From Candidatus Binataceae bacterium (GTDB taxonomy: Bacteria; Desulfobacterota; Binatia; Binatales; Binataceae): 64,000 nt of DNA. Both the position numbers and the translations under genes were made by a program. The DNA is taken from positions 23,364 through 87,363 of the forward strand of contig DASXFX010000116.1 in NCBI GenBank assembly GCA_036489375.1, written 5' to 3'. Of the stretch, positions 16,961 through 25,600 are shown one piece after another (position 1 is the first letter of the stretch; every line of letters starts with the position of its first letter). The notes below the pieces were generated by a model. The model was given only the letters and a program-made list of their open reading frames with translations. It ran no database searches and was not told where the DNA came from.

Positions 16961-17733
16961 CGGAAGACCTGGCGCAGCTCTATGAGCGGGTAAGTGCGGA
17001 CCGCCAGTTCAAGGCAGGCCGGCGCCTGATTGAAGAACTAAAAGTAAGTGTTGGCGAGAGCATTCTCGACCTGGGTTGTGGGACCGGCCTGCTCGCGGAG
17101 TACATCGCCGGAATCGTTGGGACGGGCGGTAGCGTGACCGGAATCGATCCTTTGCCATTGCGGATAGAAATCGCGCAAGGCAGGGCGCGGCCCAATCTGA
17201 GTTTCAAAACTGGCAACGCCTACGATCTAAGTGGATTCGCGCCGGCCACCTTCGATGCCGTATGCCTTAATGCGGTCTTTCATTGGCTGCCCGAGAAGAA
17301 GGAACCGCTGCGCCAGATTTATCGCGTGCTGAAGTCCGGCGGCCGTATCGGAATCTCGACCGGCGCAAAGGGCAGTCCCAATCCGTTGCATGAGATCAAG
17401 CAACGGGTGCTTTCACGCGAGTCTTACAAAGAGTATTCGGCGGCCGCGCAAACCGCAGTTCATCGAGTAAGTGCGGAAGAGCTGTCGAGCTTGCTGATAG
17501 AGGCAGGCTTTACGATCCAGGCGCTCGAAGAGCGTCCTAGTCCGCAGCCGCAACTTGCGCCTGAAGCGGCAATCAGGTTTTCCGAGGCGAGCTCATTTGG
17601 GAACTTCCTTGGTCATCTTCCGGCAAAGCTGCGCGAACGAGCGCGGGAAGATCTCAAGCGCGAGTTGGAGCAGACCGATGTGCGCGCTTCGCGCGAACGC
17701 CTGCGCCTGATTGCGATCGCCGTCAAGCCGTAG
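16933..17733 (+). CDS. Class I SAM-dependent methyltransferase
   Basis: Motif I 'ILDLGCGTGLLAEYIA', post-I 'VTGIDP', and 'LKSGGRIGIS'. Confidence 0.85.
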   Translation: MKAVSLDLDTEDLAQLYERVSADRQFKAGRRLIEELKVSVGESILDLGCGTGLLAEYIAGIVGTGGSVTGIDPLPLRIEIAQGRARPNLSFKTGNAYDLSGFAPATFDAVCLNAVFHWLPEKKEPLRQIYRVLKSGGRIGISTGAKGSPNPLHEIKQRVLSRESYKEYSAAAQTAVHRVSAEELSSLLIEAGFTIQALEERPSPQPQLAPEAAIRFSEASSFGNFLGHLPAKLRERAREDLKRELEQTDVRASRERLRLIAIAVKP

Positions 17734-17852
17734 GGCGCTTCCACGCGATTGGAGGCCTCGAGCTTAGGGAGTCGTGAGGTAGGTGGGCCTCGCTCCCAGG
17801 TAGCTTCCGAGCGGCACTTTCTAACCAGTGCGCCATTGCCCGCGGCGATGTC

Positions 17853-18308
17853 TTACTTGTTGAAGGTCGTCAGCGTGGCTCCGTCGGGCGCGACGAACAC
17901 CGCGAGCAGAGTCGCCGTCGTTTCACCAGGGTTGGCGGTCAGCGTGTGTTCCGTGCCGGGCGGTTCGACCCAGCTTTGCCCCACCGCATAGTCAGTAATC
18001 TTGCCGCGATTGAGCTGCGATCGGACCGTACCCGAAAGCACGTAAGCGAAGACGAAGCCCGCATGATGATGCGGTGGGACCTTCGCTCCGGGTGGCAGGG
18101 TGACGACGACAGCGGTAAGCGTGCTACCGGGAGCGTTCGCCAATTTATCGGCACTAATTGCTTTCACGCCAACTGCCGGCGGTGCGGCAGACTGGGCGCG
18201 AGCAGTCGCTATGAGCGACAGGAGCAACATCGTGGCACTTAGCATGAGGGTTAACGAAACCCATGCCCGGCGGCTATTTGCGGATACGCGGCAGGATGAA
18301 CGCTTCAT
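17853..18308 (-). CDS. Secreted cupin-domain protein
   Basis: 'MKRSS...LIATARAQS' signal peptide. Cupin blocks 'GAKVPPHHHAGFVFAYVLSG' and 'PPGTEHTLTANPG'. Start chosen at the ATG preceded by GGGAGG. Confidence 0.75.
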   Translation of the reverse strand: MKRSSCRVSANSRRAWVSLTLMLSATMLLLSLIATARAQSAAPPAVGVKAISADKLANAPGSTLTAVVVTLPPGAKVPPHHHAGFVFAYVLSGTVRSQLNRGKITDYAVGQSWVEPPGTEHTLTANPGETTATLLAVFVAPDGATLTTFNK

Positions 18309-18537
18309 GAGACCTCCCATTCGTCGCGCCACAATATGGCGCATTACAGCTAGTGGGGACAGCTTTCACACCTACCGCATCGAGCGCCACCTTCGTCGCG
18401 GTTCCATCATCAGTACCCACGACATTCAGGTGCGAGAGGGCTTTCACCCGGTGATGGATTTGTCGGCGCCTGTGCTAGACTCGCGACCGTTTTGAAGCCG
18501 GTGCTTCGGAACAGGTCTGAAAACAGGGAGAGGGAAA

Positions 18538-19062
18538 ATGAAAAAGGATAGAAAGCGAGTCGGTGGAACAGTAGGCGCGATGGTCGCAATGGCAGGCTTA
18601 GTGCTCAGCCTAAGTGTCAGTTCCAATGCCATCGCGGCAGGCAACGGCAAGGACAAGCAGGCGATCGAAGATATAGAACACAAGATCATCGCTGCAACCA
18701 GCACGGACGAGGTGATGAAGTACTACGACAAGAACGATATCGACCTATACGATTTCGTTCCGCCCTTGCAGTACGAGGGGGCTACTGCCGTGCATGGCGA
18801 CCTCGACAACTTCTTCAACAACGCCAAGGACGTGAAGGGTAACTTCGTCGTGCTGGTAGTAGAGACGGGCGGCACGATGGGGATGGCGCGCAGTATCCAG
18901 CACTTCACCTGGACCGACGCCGCGGGCAAGCAGCAGGAAGCTACGCTGCGCGTGACCGACGTCTTTCGCAAAGAAGACGGTAAGTGGAGAGTGATTCATT
19001 CGCACGTCTCAGTGCCGGTCGATCCGAAGACCGGACAGGCCCAGATGAACCTGTCGTCATAG
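18538..19062 (+). CDS. Secreted NTF2-like (SnoaL/DUF4440-type) protein
   Basis: Signal peptide, and a C-terminal 'LRVTDVFRKEDGKWRVIHSHVS' typical of the NTF2-like fold. Confidence 0.65.
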   Translation: MKKDRKRVGGTVGAMVAMAGLVLSLSVSSNAIAAGNGKDKQAIEDIEHKIIAATSTDEVMKYYDKNDIDLYDFVPPLQYEGATAVHGDLDNFFNNAKDVKGNFVVLVVETGGTMGMARSIQHFTWTDAAGKQQEATLRVTDVFRKEDGKWRVIHSHVSVPVDPKTGQAQMNLSS

Positions 19063-19740
19063 GAGAGGGTTCACCCCTCAGTCCAGGATTTTGCGGACAT
19101 GGTAGTGGCGCGGTTCGACGCCGCCGACGGCGTCGAATCGCGGCGACGAGGCCGTCGAGAGCGGCGCGCCGAGGGCGGCGTGCGGCGCGCGGCTTTCACA
19201 GCCAGGCTTATGTCTGACTGGTTAAAAAAAATGGCTGTCCTAATGTCGTGAAATACTTCACCCGTGTTAACGGGCGCGCCATGCGGGGATAAGACCATCG
19301 TAGGCGGGCTATTCCAGTCAAATCTGGCCAGAGGGTGAAACATTTCACTCGTCTCGGCTGTGTCAAGGACGAGATTAGAGAGTTATAGATAATTAAAAGA
19401 GCTTAGAGCTAGAACGTCTGATGCGGAGCACCGGCGCAGGCGAAGTCTTAGCGAAGTCTGGGGCAGCGGACAGCCGGATCCGCCCCGCAAAGGGCGCTAC
19501 CGGAGCGCTGTTCGAGCAAACATCGGCCGCTTGAGGCGACGCCCGATCGGCGCGCGCCGAAGGCATCCAGGCGCGGATTACGTTCAAGGACCTCGATGTA
19601 TCATGGAGATGTGTTTCTGCGGACCGAGAAGTCGCAGTGCACCTGCTTGCGACGTAGGAAGCAGATCGTATCGAGCAACGGCAAGTTGGAGTTACGAGGA
19701 GTCTCGATTAGACAAGACACTTTCAGTGGGAGGGGAGCAA

Positions 19741-20433
19741 ATGAATCGATTCGGATATGCGGCAGGGATATCAGCAGTGGCACTCTCGTTGAGCGCAGGC
19801 AGTGCGTTCGCGCAGTCGCAGCTTAACCCGAAAGCGCTCGAAGCGGCGTGCGCGGTTGCGGCGAAAGCCGAGCCGGCGGCATTTCGTCCGGGCGGCAACA
19901 CCAAGATGTGGTGTGCGGTGGTTGACCGCGAGGGCAAATTGCTCGCGATCAGCGCGAGCGACACGGGAGGTACGCCACAGAACCCGGCGGGCTCGGACGC
20001 GTGGCGCGGGAGTATCGAGATAGCGATCGCCAAGGCCTACACGGCGGTGGCCTTCAGCAGCAACGATCTGGCGCTCGATAGCAGGACGATCGGGGTGGTT
20101 ACGCGCCAGGACGGCCCCGGTTCGACGAATCCGGGGGATATCGGAACCGACAACGGGGTCGCGCCGCTGTGGGGCTTGAGCGCGAGCAATCCATATCGCT
20201 CCGAGTTCGGTTTCGGCCTGGGCGGCGATGACGGCCTGGGCGGATACCATCATGGGATCATCACGTTCGCCGGCGGGCAGCCGGTGTACACCAAGGGGCG
20301 TAGCGGATGCGGTGGCGGCGGCGGCAAGCTGATCGGAGCGGTGGGGGTCAGCGGCGACGGCGTGGATCAGGACGACGCGGTGGCGACTAACACGGTGCTC
20401 AACCCGCCGATCAGCCTGTGCACGAAGCCGTAG
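19741..20433 (+). CDS. Secreted GlcG/HbpS-like (DUF336) heme-binding family protein
   Basis: 'MNRFGYAAGISAVALSLSAGSAFAQS' signal, 'IAIAKAYTAVAFSS', 'GAVGVSGDGVDQDDAVA'. The upstream 70 aa of the track ORF look non-coding. Confidence 0.75.
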   Translation: MNRFGYAAGISAVALSLSAGSAFAQSQLNPKALEAACAVAAKAEPAAFRPGGNTKMWCAVVDREGKLLAISASDTGGTPQNPAGSDAWRGSIEIAIAKAYTAVAFSSNDLALDSRTIGVVTRQDGPGSTNPGDIGTDNGVAPLWGLSASNPYRSEFGFGLGGDDGLGGYHHGIITFAGGQPVYTKGRSGCGGGGGKLIGAVGVSGDGVDQDDAVATNTVLNPPISLCTKP

Positions 20434-20464
20434 CGACGGGCGCGGGCGGAGTGTGAATACAGAG

Positions 20465-20498
20465 GCGCTCGACCCGCAACAAGTTGCGGGTCGAGCGC
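20465..20498 (+). terminator. Perfect 16-bp-arm palindrome downstream of the DUF336 gene (terminator or protein-binding site)
   Basis: GCGCTCGACCCGCAAC-AA-GTTGCGGGTCGAGCGC, with no U-tract after it. Confidence 0.4.
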
Positions 20499-20527
20499 TG
20501 AAATCCTGGGGTGGGGGAGTCGTTAGA

Positions 20528-20560
20528 AGCGGGTCAGTTTGAAACTCAAACTGACCCGCT
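20528..20560 (+). promoter_or_regulatory. Perfect 15-bp-arm palindrome about 78 bp upstream of mazE (candidate operator)
   Basis: AGCGGGTCAGTTTGA-AAC-TCAAACTGACCCGCT. It shares the core GACCCGC with the palindrome at 20465. Confidence 0.35.
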
Positions 20561-20637
20561 ACCGGTGGGCGAAAGCAGGGCGCTGCGCGTGGTGCTGGGT
20601 GGTGCGTGCTGCAGGGATATGCTAGGAATATCTCTTA

Positions 20638-20897
20638 TGGCACAAGTGACGATCGGCAAGTGGGGGAAGAACCTGGCCGTGCGCTTGCCCAACGAAATCG
20701 CCAGAGCCAGTGGGCTGAGCGATGGCGAGCGGGTTGAGATCGAAAACAGCGACGACACTATCGTGATCCGTCGCTCAATTCCCCATTTCACGCTGGAGGA
20801 TCTGTTTCAAGGGAAGAATCCGAGGCAGTGGCGCGCGCTGTACGCCGAGGCCTACGAGTGGGGACCGGATGTCGGCCGCGAGCAGATCGAGGAATGA
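20638..20897 (+). CDS. mazE: AbrB/MazE/SpoVT-type antitoxin
   Basis: 'MAQVTIGKWGKNLAVRLPNEIARASGLSDGERVEIENSDDTIVIRR' is a swapped-hairpin AbrB-like domain. Its stop overlaps the toxin start (ATGA). Confidence 0.8.
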
Positions 20898-21235
20898 CGC
20901 GCTATGCGCCCGGGACCGGCGATCTGATCTGGACTGACTTCGATCCGACGAGAGGGCGAGAGCAGGCCGGACGAAGACCGGCGCTGGTGGTTTCGCCGGC
21001 TGCCTTCAGTCGCAACACCGGCTTGGTTATTGTGTGCCCGATCACATCCCATGTCAGGCCATTTCCGACGAGCGTGATCTTGCCGACGGGATTGCCGATC
21101 GCGGGCGAAATATTGATCAGCCATATACGCAGCATCGAGATCGCGGCGCGGCCGATTCGCTACGCCGGGGCGGTGGTGCCGGCGGCGGTCGCGCAACTGG
21201 TGCGCGCGAAACTGAACACCTTCATCACGATCTGA
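20894..21235 (+). CDS. mazF: MazF/PemK-family toxin (mRNA interferase)
   Basis: 'GDLIWTDFDPTRGREQAGRRPALVVSP...LVIVCPITS' is the MazF/PemK signature. 113 aa. Confidence 0.85.
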   Translation: MTRYAPGTGDLIWTDFDPTRGREQAGRRPALVVSPAAFSRNTGLVIVCPITSHVRPFPTSVILPTGLPIAGEILISHIRSIEIAARPIRYAGAVVPAAVAQLVRAKLNTFITI

Positions 21236-21483
21236 AGAGCTGCAGCGTTGCGGTAATGCGAGGAAGTCGGGCTCAGAACTGCGGTCAGCTCCATGAAGAA
21301 GAACCGCGATGCTGGACGAGGATCCGGGTTGGCCTTCGTCGACCACGTAGATATTGCCCGCGGAATCCATCGCTGATTCCACGCGGCTGAGCCAAGCTGC
21401 TGCAATCAGCAAAAAGTGCGACATTTGGCACTGCATCACCAGTGCCGCCGGACCGAAACAACTGGTAGTGTCCTAATTCAGGA

Positions 21484-21831
21484 TCATCCGCGCGTCACGC
21501 GCTCCTCAATGACGTAGGCCCTCGTTCGCGCCCGATTCAGAAATTTCTGTTCGTCCTCTACAATACGTGCGCCAACCCCGGGTTTGGCGAGCTCAGCCAT
21601 CCATGCTTCAAACGCCAGGCGATCGGCAAAAACCAGTTCCGTCATTACATCGAAATCAACCTCGCCACCTTCTGCCGTGAGCCTTTCGCCGACGAGATAT
21701 CTGCGCTTGTAGACAGTGGGAACCGGCGCCAAGCTGCAAATCAGCGGAACGTGGTTGCTCTCGTAGTAGTCGATAAACTCTTGCGTACGGAGACCATCTT
21801 TTTTCGTCAAAAATGCAAATACCGTGAACAT
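21484..21831 (-). CDS. EthD-domain protein
   Basis: 'MFTVFAFLTKKDGLRTQEFIDYYESNHVPLI' is typical of the EthD family. 115 aa. Confidence 0.75.
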   Translation of the reverse strand: MFTVFAFLTKKDGLRTQEFIDYYESNHVPLICSLAPVPTVYKRRYLVGERLTAEGGEVDFDVMTELVFADRLAFEAWMAELAKPGVGARIVEDEQKFLNRARTRAYVIEERVTRG

Positions 21832-22123
21832 CTTCTCGCTGCTATAGAAAACGTCATTCGCTCAGAGCATTTCAAACTCGGACACTTCCAAACAACTCGA
21901 TAGCGTTGACAAAGGCGTCGGTGGTTAGCATCCAGACCGACGGCAGCTTGCGGATGGGAGGATGCCGGGAGGGAGCGGGACGCATAGGCCGCCGAGCGGA
22001 TGCACCGCGGTGACCCTCGACCATGGAGATAGCTCTCGGAGGGAGAATCGGGAGAGGGGGTGGTTGTGCAATCGGGCGGCGCATCTGCTACGGATCAGGC
22101 AAATTGGGAATCAGGAGAACGTC

Positions 22124-23356
22124 ATGAGTGAAGCATGGGTAATCGATTGCATACGGACGCCGCGCGGGCGCGGAAAGAAGGAAACGGGGGCGCTCTATAA
22201 CATTCATCCGCAGGAACTGTTCGCGCAGACGCTCAACGCGCTGGTCGATCGGCATGGGCTGGAGCCGCGCGACGTCGAGGACGTGGTGGTAGGGACGGTC
22301 AGCGAAATCGAGGACCAGGGCGGATGTATCGCGCGGATGTCGGTACTGGCGGCGGGCTGGCCGGCGGAGGCGACGGGGGTGTCGCTCAATCGATTCTGCG
22401 GGTCGGGGCTGCAAGCGGTGAATTTCGCGGCGATGGGCGTGCTTTCGGGTCAGCAGGAGCTGGTGATCGGCGGCGGCGTCGAGAGCATGTCGCGGGTGCC
22501 GCTGGGATCGGACAAGTCGGGACTGGACGGGCACAATCGCCATCTGCGCGAACTGCATCCGCTGGTGCCGCAGGGCGTATCAGCGGACCTGATCGCGACA
22601 ATCGAGGGATTTTCGCGGGAGGATTGCGATCGGTTTGCGCTGGAATCGCAGCGGCGCTGCAACGAGGCGGTGAAGCAGGGCTACTTCAAGAAGAGCCTGG
22701 TGCCGGTGAAGGACCTGGACGGCAAGGTGGTGCTCGATCACGAGGAGTATCCGCGGCCGGAGACGACGCTGGAGGGGCTGGGCAAGCTGGAGCCGTCGTT
22801 TTTGGGGATGGGCGCGTATCGGATGAAGGACGGCCCGCTGACGTTCGATCAGAAGGCCAAGTCGCGTTATCCGCAAATCGAAAGCGTCGATCACGTGCAT
22901 ACGGCGGGTAATTCGAGCGGAATCGTCGATGGCGCGGGGGTGGTGCTGCTGGCGTCGCCGGAGTATGCGAAGAGCCGGGGGTGGAAGCCGCGGGCGCGGA
23001 TAATCGCGACGGCGACCTACGGCGACGAGCCGATTATCATGCTGACCGCGCCGGTGCCGGCGACGCGCCGCTGCCTCAAGAAGGCGGGGATGACGGTCGG
23101 CGATATCGACTTGTTCGAGATCAACGAGGCGTTTTCGGCGGTACCGCTGAAGGTGATGAAGGACCTCGAAATTCCGCACGACAAGGTCAACGTCAACGGT
23201 GGCGCGATCGCGTTGGGACATCCGCTGGGAGCTACGGGCGCGATGCTGGTAGGGACGGTACTGGATGAACTGGAGCGGCGCGACAAGAGCACCGCGCTGG
23301 TGACAATGTGTATCGGCGGAGGGATGGGAATCTCGACGATCCTCGAGCGGATCTGA
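22124..23356 (+). CDS. Acetyl-CoA C-acyltransferase (thiolase)
   Basis: '[10 protein letters not shown]' (active-site Cys), '[18 protein letters not shown]', 'MCIGGGMG'. Start at '[15 protein letters not shown]', not the track's upstream extension. Confidence 0.9.
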   Translation: MSEAWVIDCIRTPRGRGKKETGALYNIHPQELFAQTLNALVDRHGLEPRDVEDVVVGTVSEIEDQGGCIARMSVLAAGWPAEATGVSLNRFCGSGLQAVNFAAMGVLSGQQELVIGGGVESMSRVPLGSDKSGLDGHNRHLRELHPLVPQGVSADLIATIEGFSREDCDRFALESQRRCNEAVKQGYFKKSLVPVKDLDGKVVLDHEEYPRPETTLEGLGKLEPSFLGMGAYRMKDGPLTFDQKAKSRYPQIESVDHVHTAGNSSGIVDGAGVVLLASPEYAKSRGWKPRARIIATATYGDEPIIMLTAPVPATRRCLKKAGMTVGDIDLFEINEAFSAVPLKVMKDLEIPHDKVNVNGGAIALGHPLGATGAMLVGTVLDELERRDKSTALVTMCIGGGMGISTILERI

Positions 23357-23441
23357 GACGGAGCGGCAGGCCTCGCGATAGTCACTCGCGGATGCGAGTG
23401 ACTATATAGGTGGGGCGGCCCGCCGATCGCAACGAATACGG

Positions 23442-23475
23442 AGCGGACTTCCGGGATACGGAAGTCCGCTTTTTC
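23442..23475 (+). terminator. Rho-independent terminator of the thiolase gene
   Basis: AGCGGACTTCC-gggatac-GGAAGTCCGCT followed by TTTTC. Confidence 0.7.
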
Positions 23476-23631
23476 ATTCAATGGCGCTCAAGCGGTATTG
23501 AATGATCCGAGCCGCGTTGAAGCGCTCGGGCAAAGATCGCTCAAGTACCAGCTACTTCGCAGGCGCGTATGAGTCCTCGGTCGCGGAGGCCGACACGGTC
23601 GCGGACGAACGTGGGGGCGCGATCTAGGAGA

Positions 23632-23778
23632 TCAAAGCTGTAAGCGTCCCGAGAGCAACATTATGACGAGGATGATCAGCACGATTCCGCCGATGCCTAT
23701 TCCGCCGCGCGGGCCATAGGCGTAGTAACCGCCGCCACCACCAAAGAGTAAGAGCAAAATCAAAATGATAAGTAGCAT
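23632..23778 (-). CDS. Small hydrophobic protein, DUF3309-like (48 aa, below the ORF-track cutoff)
   Basis: My translation is MLLIILILLLLFGGGGGYYAYGPRGGIGIGGIVLIILVIMLLSGRLQL. The ATG is preceded by GGAGGCGCTC. Confidence 0.5.
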   Translation of the reverse strand: MLLIILILLLLFGGGGGYYAYGPRGGIGIGGIVLIILVIMLLSGRLQL

Positions 23779-23829
23779 GAGCGCCTCCGAGCCAGTTCTA
23801 CCAAGTTAGAGCGATTGCGGTTTTGTTTA

Positions 23830-24240
23830 TCAGGCGGGGGCCGTGGTCAACTCATTGTGCACGCCTTTGACACCGTCGGTTTGACCGGTGACCTGTTCCG
23901 CGGTCGTTGAAGCCTCGGAGGACGGCACGGTGCCGGTGAGGGTGACCACGCCTGCGACTGTTTCGACGTGAATATCGCCGGCGTTGGTAACCTTATTGCC
24001 ATGCAAATTGCTTTTGACTTTGGCGGTAATGACGGTATCGGAGACCGCGGTGGCAGTGCCCTCATAAACGTCCTTGACGGCATGGCCTGCTGACGTCGCG
24101 GAGTTGCCGGCAGAGTCTCCCGCCTGGCTCATCGACTGACTAGCCGATCCGGTATTGTCCTGGGCGAAGGCCGGTATCGCGAAGGCCATTCCGAGCGCGA
24201 GCGCCGGTACGACAATTTTCAATCCAAACGCATTCTTCAT
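23830..24240 (-). CDS. BON-domain (OsmY-like) periplasmic protein
   Basis: Signal peptide 'ALALGMAFAIPAFAQD'. 'ITAKVKSNLHGN...IHVETVAGVVTLTGTVPS...VKGVHNEL' is the BON pattern. Confidence 0.8.
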   Translation of the reverse strand: MKNAFGLKIVVPALALGMAFAIPAFAQDNTGSASQSMSQAGDSAGNSATSAGHAVKDVYEGTATAVSDTVITAKVKSNLHGNKVTNAGDIHVETVAGVVTLTGTVPSSEASTTAEQVTGQTDGVKGVHNELTTAPA

Positions 24241-24542
24241 AACAACCTCTTTGCGAGCCGATTAAGGGTCTCGCTGTCTATCTGAGAATTGGTCAGTCAA
24301 TTAGCCACTGCCTATCAATGATTGGCAGCGAGCCCGGTGACTGGCCTGCGGTAGCATGCGCCTGAAAGTAGTATTGCGCCTGAATGCCAATATAGCGCTT
24401 CGAAAGGAATGGCAGCGGGTTTGAGGCATTACGATCAACCGATCTGGTGCTGCAAAGCACACTATGATCCGAATAGAGCATTACTTACTTTGTATCCGCA
24501 TGTCCGCGGTGCGCATGATGGCTGTGAGGAACCAAGTCGATT

Positions 24543-24902
24543 ATGTTCAAGCCGTTGATCAGGGGCGCGCTGTTGGCCGCCGCGCTGATCGGCACACAGG
24601 GATGCTTCTACTCCAGTCCACCTGCCCGGTACGGTGCCGGTCCGTACGGGTCGCATACTATTTGCGATACCAACGGCAATAACTGCCTGGCGTGCGATGG
24701 CGATAATAATAATTGTCAGAGCATCGGGACGCAGAACGGGGCTCAATATGGGGGGCAGTATGGGCCGCAATATGGAACACAGTATGGATCGGGCAGCCAC
24801 ACGGTCTGCAATGATCATGGCTGTCAGAACTGCGATTCGAGTAACAACAATTGCCAACCATTGGCGGGCAGTTCGGGCAGTTCGTGGGGCTTCTTTTTCT
24901 AG
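24543..24902 (+). CDS. Small Cys/Asn/Gly-rich lipoprotein with a C-terminal SSWGFFF
   Basis: Lipobox 'LIGTQGC'. Internal duplication 'GSHTICDTNGNNCLACDGDNNNCQ' / 'GSHTVCNDHGCQNCDSSNNNCQ', 'QYG' repeats, and it ends 'SSWGFFF*'. Confidence 0.6.
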   Translation: MFKPLIRGALLAAALIGTQGCFYSSPPARYGAGPYGSHTICDTNGNNCLACDGDNNNCQSIGTQNGAQYGGQYGPQYGTQYGSGSHTVCNDHGCQNCDSSNNNCQPLAGSSGSSWGFFF

Positions 24903-25010
24903 CGGCGGGCGCGGGTGACGTGGTGGATTGTGAGTAATGAATCGTGCGCGGCGGTTTGCGAGCGACGAATTCCCGTCGATAAAATGAAGTAAGAGGAAGC
25001 AGCTACGCCT

Positions 25011-25181
25011 ATGATCAAATCGATAATGCTCGCGGCAATCGCTTGTGCGATGTTCGGCATGCAAGCGTGTTTTTCGTCCAGCACGACGGAGCAAGCCGCC
25101 GCGCCTGCCGCGTGCGATGCGCAGGGCAATAACTGTCAGGTATCGACGACGAAGAAGAGTTCGTGGGGTTTTTTCTTTTAA
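25011..25181 (+). CDS. Small lipoprotein paralog (56 aa, below the ORF-track cutoff) with a C-terminal SSWGFFF
   Basis: My translation is MIKSIMLAAIACAMFGMQACFSSSTTEQAAAPAACDAQGNNCQVSTTKKSSWGFFF. An AAGAGGAAG element lies upstream of the ATG. It shares 'CD..GNNCQ' and the tail with the upstream gene. Confidence 0.5.
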   Translation: MIKSIMLAAIACAMFGMQACFSSSTTEQAAAPAACDAQGNNCQVSTTKKSSWGFFF

Positions 25182-25600
25182 CGCGCCGTGGGGCGCCGGT
25201 GGGGCTTTTGGCCGGGTGGCGGGTGGGGCGATTGAACGATTGTCTATCGTCAATCTAATGTAGCCGGTGTGCGAACGATAAAGATCGCAGGTATTTCTAT
25301 CATCAAGCGACCACGTCAAGTTCAGTTTGCCGCATAATTCGCCGCCGGGACCAGGCCTCAAGAATGGGGTCGGCACGCCGGTGGTTGCTGGCATTTAAAG
25401 ACCGCGCCCCGGAAATCTCGGCGGCGGGGCTCCCGTTTCCTTTCTACAAGAAAGACAATCGCGCAAGGTTCCAAGTCGCCAGTATAGAGGGCTCGACCGA
25501 CCGTGGCGCGTGCCGAACGTTGTCGCAGGTCGGAGAAGTACGTTCGGGACGTATCGAATGGGACCCCGAAGACGCCTGGATTTTGAGGCTTGACAAAGCA

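Noticed and set aside
24410-24424. TGGCAG-N5-TTGA resembling a sigma-54 -24/-12 element upstream of the Cys-rich lipoprotein gene
   Set aside because: The -12 element lacks the conserved GC (TTGA instead of TTGC), and no enhancer-binding protein gene is nearby. The evidence is too weak to call.
24462-25394. 310-aa minus-strand ORF spanning the two small lipoprotein genes
   Set aside because: The product is Arg/Pro-rich and low-complexity with no signal, domain or RBS. The plus strand carries two ORFs with lipoboxes, Shine-Dalgarno-like elements and a shared C-terminal motif.
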